Counted from the first letter of the stretch, positions 1 to 8,896 are shown. The stretch: 46,257 bases of DNA from Chthonomonadaceae bacterium (GCA_035650735.1 DASRGZ010000217.1:1-46257); one strand, 5' to 3'. The notes: generated by a model from the sequence alone, not told the origin. Translations and numbers: made by a program.

Positions 1-106
1 AGGCGCTTTAAGGCATCTCTTATGGCACAATAACGGGTGAGGTTGTCGCTCATTTTAGGTTCTCCAGTGTCTGTGGTAAGCACTAGAGTACCCAATGCGG
101 CAACCT

Positions 107-817
107 CTACGCCCTCCTTCCAAAAAGTGTACGGCAGTGAAATTGGCTTTTGCGGTTCACCGCAGGCACAAGCCGCACGCGCTGCACCATGCCCTCAAAG
201 GCAGCTTGCAGGCGCGGGTATCGCTCGCGCGTCGTGATACAAATCAAGGCAAGGCAGACCTTTCGCTGCGTGGGTGCGTTGTCCGGGAAGACAGCGGTGC
301 CGCGCACGAAAACGTTCCCGTTCGGGCCAGAGCCGAAGTTACCTTCTATGGTGCCATCCAGCGCGGGACCGAGCGCGTGCTGAAAGCGATGGGCTGATGA
401 AATCTTGACCTTAGAATTGGCCGCTATAGCCTGCGTTTCTCGTTCAAGCGAGTCAATATCTTTTAGGTCATATCTGCGCTGTCCCTGCCCTATATCTAGC
501 GTATCGCGTTCCCATTCCGCCAGATTTGAATGCTGAATGTGCTGATACAACCAGCGACTAAAACCTGATGGCGGCTTGTGCGTGAGCCTAATTTGCATAC
601 CAACCCCTGCATCCTTCGGAGGGGACGGCTGCCAATCCTCCGGGTATTGTATCACAACCGCCAGTCCCGTTTTAGCCAGCGCAGGGCTGGTATAAGTATG
701 CCAGCGCGGGCGGCTCATCCAGATAGCGCCAAGTGTCGCAAAGGCGAGCAGAAGCGCGGCAAGGCTGATAGGCCAGAGCCAGCGAAGGCGCTTCCTGGGC
801 GCACCGGTCTGTTCCAT
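107..817 (-). CDS. Hypothetical membrane-anchored/exported protein (N-terminal TM helix)
   Basis: C-terminal part of ORF 107..1177. The ATG at 817 (MEQTGAPRKRLRWLWPISLAALLLAFATLGAIW) lies just downstream of the CMD gene stop and has a basic plus hydrophobic N-terminus; the upstream extension overlaps the CMD gene. Confidence 0.6.
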   Translation of the reverse strand: MEQTGAPRKRLRWLWPISLAALLLAFATLGAIWMSRPRWHTYTSPALAKTGLAVVIQYPEDWQPSPPKDAGVGMQIRLTHKPPSGFSRWLYQHIQHSNLAEWERDTLDIGQGQRRYDLKDIDSLERETQAIAANSKVKISSAHRFQHALGPALDGTIEGNFGSGPNGNVFVRGTAVFPDNAPTQRKVCLALICITTRERYPRLQAAFEGMVQRVRLVPAVNRKSQFHCRTLFGRRA

Positions 818-828
818 CGGCGTCTGCC

Positions 829-1317
829 CTATTCGCCCGTCCCGGCTCCCGTCTCTTCCTCGTAGCTGAGCGTTTCTGGGGCCGCTTGCTCGTTGAAGGT
901 GCCGTCCGGGGAGCGGGCATCTATGGCGGCAAAGACCTCGCGCGCCGCTGCCAGGCCGTCCCAGGCGTCCGGGAACCCACCATAGACGGTCATATGCAGG
1001 ATGACTTCGATGATCTCCTTGCGGGTCGCGCCGTTGCCGAGCGCGCCGCGAATGTGGGTCTTGAGGTTGTCCATGCGGCCCAGGACGGTCAGCGCGGCGA
1101 CCGTGCACAGGCTGCGCGTCTTCAAGTCCAGACCGGGACGCGCCCACACCTGACCCAGCGCAAACTCCGTCACCCACTCGACGTAGTCGGGCGAGAGGGC
1201 CGTCAGCAGCGCCGTTGTGGCGTCCGCCGATCCCGTCAGCTTCTCCATGATGGCGCGTCCGCGCGCCTTGCGCGCCGCGATCTCCTCGGCGTCCGTGCGT
1301 GCTTGCTCCTCACTCAT
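829..1317 (-). CDS. Carboxymuconolactone decarboxylase (CMD/AhpD-like) family protein
   Basis: Motifs VWARPGLDLKTRSLCTVAAL, HIRGALGNGATRKEIIEVILH and YGGFP; GGAGG RBS at about 1321-1325. Confidence 0.9.
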   Translation of the reverse strand: MSEEQARTDAEEIAARKARGRAIMEKLTGSADATTALLTALSPDYVEWVTEFALGQVWARPGLDLKTRSLCTVAALTVLGRMDNLKTHIRGALGNGATRKEIIEVILHMTVYGGFPDAWDGLAAAREVFAAIDARSPDGTFNEQAAPETLSYEEETGAGTGE

Positions 1318-1340
1318 GTGCCTCCGTACCTCCTGCCTTC

Positions 1341-1368
1341 ATTATAATCTGCCACTAGAAATTGTCAA
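1341..1368 (-). promoter_or_regulatory. Sigma70-type promoter for the CMD gene
   Basis: The minus strand reads TTGACA-16 nt-TATAAT (both hexamers perfect consensus), ending about 24 nt upstream of the ATG at 1317. Confidence 0.7.
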
Positions 1369-1405
1369 GGAGGTTTGCGGAAGCTGGAGGGAGGCGGCGC
1401 GCGGA

Positions 1406-2119
1406 TTAGATGGGCAGATCCCAGAGCGCCTGCAAGCTCCTGAAGTTCAGGTTCTTGACGTGACCGTCGCCATGGAGCGTATTGAAGCGGCGGTTAAACA
1501 GGTCCGGGTTGCTCTTGTACCAGTTCGCGACGCCGATAGCCTGATCGGAGGGGCCGCTGCCGTGCCAGATGCCGGAGCCCTCCATGTAGAGGTTAAGCTC
1601 GGCGGGTGCGCGCACCGAATCCTCACCGAGATGCCGGGCGGCGACCTCGGTACGGTAGAGATAGCTGGTGCCGCGCTTGTCGAAGCAGACCGGCGTGCAG
1701 TCGAGTTCCAGGCCGGTGAAATCCTCGATGACGATGCCGGTATCGCTGGGACAGTGGAATATCTGGCGGGACTTGACGTAGGGCTGCAAAGCGTCGTGCA
1801 GCCAGGGAAGGGAAGGGATCTGGGCCTTGAAGTCGGGGAAGGCGTTCCAGATCTGGGGCGTGTCGCGGTCGGCGGGGTCTACGGCCACCGGATAGAGGCC
1901 ATCGTTATCGCTGGCGTACATGGAAAAGGCATGTCCCGCCTGCCGCATGTTGGAAAGACAGACGGTCTCGCGCGCTTTGCCCCGTGCCGTCGCGAACACA
2001 GGGAAGAGCAGTGCGGCTAGAATGGCAATGACCGCGATCACCACGAGCAGCTCCACCAGCGTGAAGCCTTGATAACACGAGATGCGGCGTACGCGCACCC
2101 GGGGGGAAAGGGGAGCCAT
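1406..2119 (-). CDS. Prepilin-type N-terminal cleavage/methylation domain protein with C-terminal H-X9-DG-like motif (DUF1559-like)
   Basis: GFTLVELLVVIAVIAILAALLFPVFATARGKAR...CLSNMRQ, IFHCPSD and C-terminal NTLHGDGHVK. Confidence 0.9.
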   Translation of the reverse strand: MAPLSPRVRVRRISCYQGFTLVELLVVIAVIAILAALLFPVFATARGKARETVCLSNMRQAGHAFSMYASDNDGLYPVAVDPADRDTPQIWNAFPDFKAQIPSLPWLHDALQPYVKSRQIFHCPSDTGIVIEDFTGLELDCTPVCFDKRGTSYLYRTEVAARHLGEDSVRAPAELNLYMEGSGIWHGSGPSDQAIGVANWYKSNPDLFNRRFNTLHGDGHVKNLNFRSLQALWDLPI

Positions 2120-2335
2120 CCTGATCCTCCTTTATAAAGGTAATACAGGGAATGCAGCCGTTTCGTGTAGTTCTTTAGTTCCGAATTCTTCGGGCCGGCG
2201 ATCCTTTCCTTCCCCTTCGGTAAAAATCTCAGACTTAACTTGAAAGCAGCACCGCCGCTTCCAGTAGACGCAAAAATAGCCTCCCGCATGGGCAGGAGGC
2301 CGCTTCGGAAGCGCTTGTAAAGCGGAGAGAAGGCG

Positions 2336-2947
2336 TTATAGCTCCGTCTTGCTGAGGATGTCCCCCGTCGGGCTGAACTCATAGACGATGGGGACGCCAT
2401 TGGGGATATTGAGTTCCAGCACCTGCTCTCTGGTCAGGTTATCCAGGTACATGACGATGGCCCGGAGGCTGTTGCCGTGCGCGGAGATCAGCACGTTTTT
2501 ACTGCGCAGGACTTCGGGCAGGATCCTTTCCTTGAAGTAAGGCAGCGTGCGCGCCGCCGTGTCCTTCAGGCTCTCGCCGTTAGGCGGCTGCACGTCATAG
2601 CTGCGCCGCCAGAGCTTAACCTGCTCCTCTCCAAACTTCTCGGCGGTCTCGGCCTTGTTCAGCCCTTGCAGATCGCCATAGTGGCGCTCGTTGAGCGCCT
2701 GGTCGTAATAGGTGGGCACGCCCTCCTGCCCCGCCGCCTTCAGGCAGATGACCAGCGTCTCAATTGCGCGCTTGAGGACGGAGGTGAACGCCTCGTCAAT
2801 GTGGATGCCAGCGATGCGGATCTTCCTGCCTGCCTCCTCGGCCTCTTTCATTCCCTGTTCGGTCAGCGGCACATCAATCCAGCCGGTAAAGCGGTTTTCC
2901 AGGTTCCAGGTGGACTGTCCATGCCGCAATAAAATCAGTTTTCCCAT
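2336..2947 (-). CDS. gpmA: 2,3-bisphosphoglycerate-dependent phosphoglycerate mutase
   Basis: [38 protein letters not shown] and AHGNSLRA. Confidence 0.95.
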   Translation of the reverse strand: MGKLILLRHGQSTWNLENRFTGWIDVPLTEQGMKEAEEAGRKIRIAGIHIDEAFTSVLKRAIETLVICLKAAGQEGVPTYYDQALNERHYGDLQGLNKAETAEKFGEEQVKLWRRSYDVQPPNGESLKDTAARTLPYFKERILPEVLRSKNVLISAHGNSLRAIVMYLDNLTREQVLELNIPNGVPIVYEFSPTGDILSKTEL

Positions 2948-2969
2948 TCGTGCTCCTTATATATTTTTG

Positions 2970-3243
2970 CCTAACCCCCCGTCCCCCTTCCCTACAAGGG
3001 AAGGGGGTGGCCCAGGTGGGTGTGCTCCCTTCTCTCCTCTTTTCTTCCCGGTGAGGAGAAAGACAGAGCTATCACAGGAGTAAGGTACAGCCTTGCTCCA
3101 CCTCCACTGCCAGGGTCGGCCCTGCAACGGACTGCCAGGGTCGCGCCTGTCATGGTTCGGCGCTCTGCCTTGCGGCAGCCCTCCGCCTGACGACCCTGCG
3201 AACGCAGTGAGCGAACTAGGGAAGGGGGACGGGGGGGGTTAGG
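2970..3243. repeat. REP-like family 1 composite (cctaaccccccgtcccccttccct hairpins as outer inverted ends) hosting a nested 45-nt element dimer
   Basis: 2970-2994 is the reverse complement of 3217-3243 apart from the G-run length; hairpin cccccttccct/gggaaggggg at about 2983-3007. Confidence 0.8.
3106..3193 (-). mobile_element. Nested dimer of the 45-nt mini-element (inner copy 3131-3175)
   Basis: The minus strand parses as 18-nt left part + complete 45-mer + 25-nt right part = 88 nt; the outer copy lacks only the 'aa' at positions 19-20. Confidence 0.75.
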
Positions 3244-3247
3244 TGGA

Positions 3248-4516
3248 CTATCCCAAATTTTCCAGCGCGCTGGTAAAATCCGCCATCGTCAAGGTTTTGT
3301 CCACATTTTGATCTTTGCTGTCGGCGATGCGGATGAGGGCTTGCAGGCCCGCCTCGTTGACCAGCGCTTTAATGTCGGCGCCGCTATAGCCCTCGGTCTG
3401 CCGGGCCAGCGCCTCCAGGTCCACGTCGGGGGCCAGGTTGGCGCGGCGCGTACAGAGGGCAAAGAGCTGCTTGCGCGCCTCCAGATCGGGCATCGGGATC
3501 TCGATCTCGCGCGAGAGCCGCCCACCGCGCCGCAGCGCCGGGTCCAGCATATCGGGCCGGTTGGTGGCCCCGACTATAAAGACGCGGTTGTTGGGCGTCA
3601 GGCCGTCCATCTCTTGAAGGAACTGATTGACGACCTTATCCGAGTGGATGGCGATGCCGCCCTGCCGTATCGGCAGCAGCGCGTCAATCTCATCTATAAA
3701 GATGATGGCGGGAGGATTGGCGCGGGCCTTGGCGAAGAGATCACGCACGCGCTTTTCGCTCTCGCCCACGTACATCTGATGGATGTCGGCGGGCGTGATA
3801 GCGTGGAAATTGCATTTGGCCTCGTTGGCCAGAATACGCGCGATGGTGGTCTTGCCGGTGCCGGGCGGGCCTTTGAGCAGGATGCCGGTCGGGGTTTGAA
3901 CGCCCAGCTGCCGCGCCAGGTCGGGCTTTTCCAGCATATATTGCATCTGTTTGAGCTCGCGCTTGGTGCGGGGATTGAGGACCAGATCCTCCCAGGTTAG
4001 CTTGGACTCATCTACGCTATGCAGGGCGCGCACAGCTCCCTGCTCGAACGACTGCGCGAAATCCCGGTAGGTGCTGTTGGCCGGATCTAGCATAGCGGCC
4101 TTGCGGGACGCCTCCTCGGCCTCCGTCCTGCGATCCAGGGCGTAGAGCGCCTTGCCCAGGTAGTAGTAGGCGTTGGCGCGGTTCTCGTCCCGCTCGATGA
4201 CGGAGCGCAGATAGAAAATGGCGTCGTTGAGCCGCTGGCGGTAGGTCTGGAACTTGCGCTTGCCGTCGCGCGCCGTCTGGTCAAAGCCCAGCACCTGCGC
4301 GCCATAGGCGACGGCCATATCGGCTAGCGTCGGCTTATCGGCCTCGGCCTGGTTCCACAGGGCCCAGCCGAGCCGGAATCGCGCCTCCACATTTTCCGGG
4401 TCGAGCGCGACGGCCTTGCGGAACGCCTCTACCGCGCCGCCCCAATCATAGACGCGGGCGCGCTGCATCCCCCGATGCAGCGCCTCCTCGGTTGTCTCTA
4501 CAGGTACGTTGGTCAT
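3248..4516 (-). CDS. TPR-domain AAA+ ATPase (single CDC48/FtsH-like AAA module)
   Basis: N-terminal TPR-like helices (AVEAFRKAVALDPENVEARFRLG, AYYYLGKALY); Walker A GPPGTGKT, Walker B IIFIDE, SRH ATNRPDMLDPALRR. Start placed at ATG 4516 because the ORF extension runs into a repeat. Confidence 0.9.
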   Translation of the reverse strand: MTNVPVETTEEALHRGMQRARVYDWGGAVEAFRKAVALDPENVEARFRLGWALWNQAEADKPTLADMAVAYGAQVLGFDQTARDGKRKFQTYRQRLNDAIFYLRSVIERDENRANAYYYLGKALYALDRRTEAEEASRKAAMLDPANSTYRDFAQSFEQGAVRALHSVDESKLTWEDLVLNPRTKRELKQMQYMLEKPDLARQLGVQTPTGILLKGPPGTGKTTIARILANEAKCNFHAITPADIHQMYVGESEKRVRDLFAKARANPPAIIFIDEIDALLPIRQGGIAIHSDKVVNQFLQEMDGLTPNNRVFIVGATNRPDMLDPALRRGGRLSREIEIPMPDLEARKQLFALCTRRANLAPDVDLEALARQTEGYSGADIKALVNEAGLQALIRIADSKDQNVDKTLTMADFTSALENLG

Positions 4517-4545
4517 TGCTTTTACTTTGATCTCACCCTGGAAGA

Positions 4546-4650
4546 CCTCACCCCCGGCCCCTCTCCTTCTCAAGGAGAGGGGAGAGTCCGCTCCTGGCTT
4601 GACCGTTCCCCCTCTCCCGGCGCTGCGGGAGAGGGGGACAGGGGGTGAGG
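4546..4650. repeat. REP-like family 1 double hairpin (empty)
   Basis: cctcacccccggcccctctcctt-ctc-aaggagagggg followed by ccccctctcccg..cgggagaggggg..gggggtgagg. Confidence 0.8.
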
Positions 4651-4673
4651 ACTATAAGCCAGGTGGTGCGGGG

Positions 4674-5540
4674 CTATTCCACAAACTCTATCTGGCCGAT
4701 GGTGGGGATAAGGCCGCGCTCGGCGCCGCGATTCAGGAATAGCTGAATGCTCTGCTTGCCTGCCTCGCCCATATCTACCGTCCACTGGTTGACGTACATG
4801 CCGACAAAGGTATCCGCCGTCTCCGTCTGCATGTCGCGGGCAAACTGCATAGCGTGCTGAAGCGCCTTCTGACGGTGCTCCAGCCCATAGAGGATGCTGG
4901 CTCGGAGCGCGCGGCTGGCGCGTCGCTGCACCTGGCGCGGCAGATCTTTGCGGATAGCGTTGACCCCAAGCGGCAGCGGCAGGCCCGTCTCCGCTTTCCA
5001 CCACTGGCCCAGATCGACGATGTTAACCAGGCCCATCTCCCGATGCGTCAACTGGCCCTCATGGATCAGCAGCCCGGCCTCCACCTCGCCGCGCGCCGTC
5101 GCCGCCATGATCGTGTTGAAGGGCATGGCCACGTACTCAAACGGGCCAGGCAGGTAGAGCGATAGGGCCAGAAAGGCACTGGTCAGCAGGCCAGGCACCG
5201 CTATTTTGACGCGGGAGAGGTCGGACGGTTTCATCGGTTGGCGGGCCACGACCATTGGGCCGTAGCCATCGCCCATGCTCGCGCCGTGGGTCAGGATGGC
5301 ATACTTATCGTGGACATAGGCGTAGGCGTGCGCCGAGATCGCCGTACACTCCAGGCGGCCTTCCCGCGCCCAGTCGTTAAGAGTCTGAATGTCGCGTAGG
5401 ATATGCTTAAACCGCAGGCCCTCGGTATCCACCAGGTTCTCCGCCAGACCGTAGAACATAAAGGCGTCGTCGGAGTCGGGGCTGTGGCCGAGTTGCAGGG
5501 TTGGCGTGTCTGTCGGGTCCACGTTTTCAGAGGACATCAT
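4674..5540 (-). CDS. mqnD: 1,4-dihydroxy-6-naphthoate synthase, MqnA/MqnD/SBP family (futalosine menaquinone pathway)
   Basis: LGHSPDSDDAFMFYGL, DIQTLN, GASMGDGYGP, GLLIHEGQLT, LPLPLG and MYVNQWT. Confidence 0.85.
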   Translation of the reverse strand: MMSSENVDPTDTPTLQLGHSPDSDDAFMFYGLAENLVDTEGLRFKHILRDIQTLNDWAREGRLECTAISAHAYAYVHDKYAILTHGASMGDGYGPMVVARQPMKPSDLSRVKIAVPGLLTSAFLALSLYLPGPFEYVAMPFNTIMAATARGEVEAGLLIHEGQLTHREMGLVNIVDLGQWWKAETGLPLPLGVNAIRKDLPRQVQRRASRALRASILYGLEHRQKALQHAMQFARDMQTETADTFVGMYVNQWTVDMGEAGKQSIQLFLNRGAERGLIPTIGQIEFVE

Positions 5541-5982
5541 CGGTTGCTCGCTTTCGCAGAAGTCGCGGCGCTCCCGTTCACCGTTCGGGAACGCCCTCCC
5601 TGGCACACTCTATTGTACCTGGAAAAACGCCTGCCAGTCTATCCGCCCGCGCACGGCGGCAGCCCCTCGCGCCGGCCAACCTGACGACGGCAGCGAAGTC
5701 TATCTGGCTACGCATGGCGGCGGCGAGGCCCGGAGCCGCTCCACGCTTCCGCAAAAGCGGCAGTGGCTAACCTCTTGCAGGTGAGTGCGGTTCTGTGCAG
5801 TCAAGGCAAGAACTTGCCTGCAACGGATTCGACACTCCCAAGGCGAGAACGACTCACTGGATTTTCCGTAACTTAGGTGTGATGATCGCATAGACCTAAT
5901 TCTCTATACGCAAGCGCAAGACTCGTTCGCGCTTGCCTTCTCTTCCTCGTGGGCAGTACGCGCGACAGCGCAGATTGCGAGG

Positions 5983-6744
5983 ATGGCGATGCACACGCTA
6001 CGCCTCTACCTGGAGGACATCCAGGGTGATTGGTTTGGCTGGATGGAAACGTTTCCGGGCGCATTCAGCCAGGGGATGACTCCCGGCGCGGCGGCACGCG
6101 CGGCGCCTGCCGCGCTCATAGACTATCTGCGCTGGCTGCGCGCCCATGAGGAACCGCTTCCCGAGCACCTCCAGGGGCTGAACAGCGCGGATTTCCGGGT
6201 CGAGGTCGTGGAGGTGCAGCAGGCGCAGCAGGCCCCGGATGGGCAGGAGAGGAACGGATTCTTCGCCCCGGACGAACGCCCGGTAGACCATGAGGACCTG
6301 GCGCGTTACCTGCGGCTGCTGCGCTATGCGCGCGAAGACCTGCGCAAGGCCGTCGGGGCCATTCCGCCGGATGGCTGGCATACGGCGCCGCTTGGCAGCA
6401 AATCGGTCTCCTGTATCCTGCAGCACCTAGCCGAAGCGGAACTGCGCTGCCTGCGGGGCCTGGGCCTGGAACCGATCGCGCCGCGCGAGCCGGAGGCGAT
6501 AGATTGGATAGAGATCGTACGCCAGGAGTTCGAGCGTGCCGTCTATGCGTTTCCGGCGCACCGACGCGGCGAGGTTTTCACCGTGACGGGAGAACGCTGG
6601 ACCCTGCGCAAGGCGCTGCGCCGGGCGCTCTGGCACGAGCGCTACCATGCCGCTCAGATTGCCGCACGCTCCAACCCGGTTGAGTTTATGCGGGCGCTGG
6701 CCGTCGAAATGCGGCAGCGGGACGCGGGTATCCGGCTATGGTAA
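5983..6744 (+). CDS. Protein with HicB-like N-terminal domain and DinB-like C-terminal domain
   Basis: N-terminus FPGAFSQGMTPGAAARAAPAALIDYL (HicB-like pattern); C-terminus ILQHLAEAE...WTLRKALRRALWHERYHAAQI (DinB-type His triad). Confidence 0.7.
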   Translation: MAMHTLRLYLEDIQGDWFGWMETFPGAFSQGMTPGAAARAAPAALIDYLRWLRAHEEPLPEHLQGLNSADFRVEVVEVQQAQQAPDGQERNGFFAPDERPVDHEDLARYLRLLRYAREDLRKAVGAIPPDGWHTAPLGSKSVSCILQHLAEAELRCLRGLGLEPIAPREPEAIDWIEIVRQEFERAVYAFPAHRRGEVFTVTGERWTLRKALRRALWHERYHAAQIAARSNPVEFMRALAVEMRQRDAGIRLW

Positions 6745-7031
6745 ACCTTCTCCCCTCTTTTTCCGTTTGCAACCTATGGCTTCTACCGGAGGAATCAGGG
6801 TCATGTCCCGGCCCGTATGTTCCTCCGGTTTCTTGTTTGCCGGCAAAACTTCCCCGCGTTTTGAAGCCTTGCACCGGTTTTTTGCGTATCTTAGGGAAAA
6901 TTCGCGCCCGCGCCGAGCGAACAGACAGCAGGACTCTCTACCTGTCATGCTGAATGGGAAGACAAGGCAAGGGCGCCTGCATGGGACTACAGCCAACGAA
7001 ACCACGTCGGAACTCGGTAGATGGAGGGAAA

Positions 7032-7742
7032 ATGATGCCAAAACCAACGGTTGCGATCAGCGTGGATTGCGTCTGCGCTGCGGCGGGAAAATGCTACGTT
7101 TCGGAGATTGTCGCGGTTGCAGAGCAATTCAACGTTCCCCTGACCTGGCTGCTCGACGTTGCCGAGCATGACCCGATGTCCAACGTTAAGCTTTACCACA
7201 ATGAGTATCAGCACCGCATCCCCGCCTGGCATGAACTCGGACTGCACCTAACATTCGATACTGGAGCCAGCAATACCGTCGAACGTGGCGACCTCATCCG
7301 CATTGGCAAGGACATTCTCAAACAGTTTTCCATCAAACCGACCGCTTTCCGTGCCGCCAACGGCGACCTGGAGCCTGGGGACCTGCGCGCGCTGGAAGAC
7401 ATCGGCATCCTGGTGGACGCCACGCCCGGCTCCAGCGCCGGGCAGCCGGTCGGCGCTCCCAAAACCCCCTACCATCCGTCGTATGAGAACATCCATCAAT
7501 CGGGCGACGCCAGGCTCTGGATCGTGCCCGTTGCCAACCTGAACGGCGCGCGCGGCTACCTGGACGAGGGATTCGACCGGATCAAGCCCATCATTGATGC
7601 GCAATTGGGCGAAGCGCCCATTCTGGGCCTGGGAATGTGTGACTGCGTGGACAATGCGGAGAACCTGCGCCATGTCCTGAGCTATCTCAAGCAGCAGGGC
7701 GCTCGCTTCGTTACCCTGACGCAGCTGGTGACCGAACTCTAG
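7032..7742 (+). CDS. Polysaccharide deacetylase-like (NodB-homology) protein
   Basis: AISVD, VPLTW, HELGLH, PTAFRA and ARFVTL motifs; GGAGG RBS before ATG 7032. Confidence 0.7.
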   Translation: MMPKPTVAISVDCVCAAAGKCYVSEIVAVAEQFNVPLTWLLDVAEHDPMSNVKLYHNEYQHRIPAWHELGLHLTFDTGASNTVERGDLIRIGKDILKQFSIKPTAFRAANGDLEPGDLRALEDIGILVDATPGSSAGQPVGAPKTPYHPSYENIHQSGDARLWIVPVANLNGARGYLDEGFDRIKPIIDAQLGEAPILGLGMCDCVDNAENLRHVLSYLKQQGARFVTLTQLVTEL

Positions 7743-7852
7743 CCCGGTCATCTCGACGACGGGCGAAAGCCCTTCGCTGCGTGGTGTTCCGCCTAGTGTC
7801 CGCCTACGCGGACACCACCGTTCGGGAGGCTGTTTTGGTGTCCCCGTAGGGG

Positions 7853-8008
7853 TCGTAAGGCGGAGGGCGGTCGCAAGGCAGAGCCGTGTCGCAAGGTGTC
7901 GCTAGGCGGAGGCAAGGGCCGTAACCTTGCCGACCCTGGCAGTGGGGCGAACCATGGCAGCCCCGACCCTTGCAGTGGCGCGAACCGTTGAGCGCCGACC
8001 CTGGCAGT
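7853..8008 (+). mobile_element. Stack of nested 45-nt mini-elements (complete inner copy 7899-7943) inside a gtgtcccc-gta-ggggacac family 2 hairpin
   Basis: Left parts of 18, 18 and 10 nt, one complete 45-mer, then right parts of 33 and 32 nt; the flanks gtgtccccgtagggg / cac rejoin into a hairpin like the one at 33683. Confidence 0.75.
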
Positions 8009-8145
8009 CACTGGGCCGTTAGGCCACCGAGCGGGGGAATTCATTCCCTTGTGCTTGAAGGAGTCTGAGCCAGCCCCTCTCTCGCTGCGAGAGAGGGGTA
8101 TACTTATGCCAGAATTCTCATTTTCCAGGTGGAGGAAACGACATC

Positions 8146-8895
8146 GTGGCAGAGACACAGGAGAGACCGGTCGCCGTGGTGACCGGCGCCAGCAGCGGCA
8201 TCGGCGCGGCAACGGCGGTCGCGCTGCATGCCGCCGGCTTCTCACTCGTATTAGGCGCGCGGCGGCTGGATCGGGTCCGTGTGGTCGGCCAGCCGCTAGA
8301 TGCGCTATGCCTGGGGCTGGATGTGACCGACCCGCAGAGCGTGGAGGACTTTTGCCGCGCCATTCCGCGCGTGAATGTCCTGATCAACAACGCGGGCGGC
8401 GCGCTGGGCCTGACGCCCGTAGCGGCAGCTGAGGACGCCGATTGGGAACAGATGTATGACACCAACGTCCTGGGCCTGATGCGGATGACGCGGGCGCTGC
8501 TGCCCAAGCTGGAAGCCTCCGGCGCGGGCCATATCGTCAACGTCGGCAGCATTGCGGGCCGGGAAGCCTACGTGGGTGGCGCAGGCTACAATGCCGTCAA
8601 GTTTGCCGTGCGCGCCATCACGCAGGTGCTGCGCCTGGAACTGGTGGGCAAGCCCATCCGCGTTACTGAGGTCGCCCCCGGTATGGTGGAGACCGAGTTC
8701 AGCCTGGTGCGCTTCAAGGGCGACGCCGAACGCGCCAGGAAAGTCTATGAGGGGCTGACGCCGCTGACCGCCGACGACGTGGCCGACTGCATTGTCTGGG
8801 CGGTGACGCGCCCGCCGCACGTCAATATAGATGAGATCGTGGTCAAGCCGCTCGCCCAGGCTTCGGCATCGGTCGTCGCCCGCAAGACGGGATGA
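8146..8895 (+). CDS. Short-chain dehydrogenase/reductase (YdfG-like)
   Basis: VTGASSGIG, LINNAGGALG, YNAVK (YxxxK), PGMVETEFS and PPHVNIDEI; GGAGG RBS before the GTG. Confidence 0.92.
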   Translation: MAETQERPVAVVTGASSGIGAATAVALHAAGFSLVLGARRLDRVRVVGQPLDALCLGLDVTDPQSVEDFCRAIPRVNVLINNAGGALGLTPVAAAEDADWEQMYDTNVLGLMRMTRALLPKLEASGAGHIVNVGSIAGREAYVGGAGYNAVKFAVRAITQVLRLELVGKPIRVTEVAPGMVETEFSLVRFKGDAERARKVYEGLTPLTADDVADCIVWAVTRPPHVNIDEIVVKPLAQASASVVARKTG

Positions 8896-8896
8896 G

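Noticed and set aside
7853..8008. CRISPR interpretation of the cgaccctggcagt arrays (also 26403 and 39393)
   Set aside because: The core is only 13 nt, the intervening sequences are homologous to each other and recur between loci, no cas genes are present, and nesting of a 45-mer explains the lengths.
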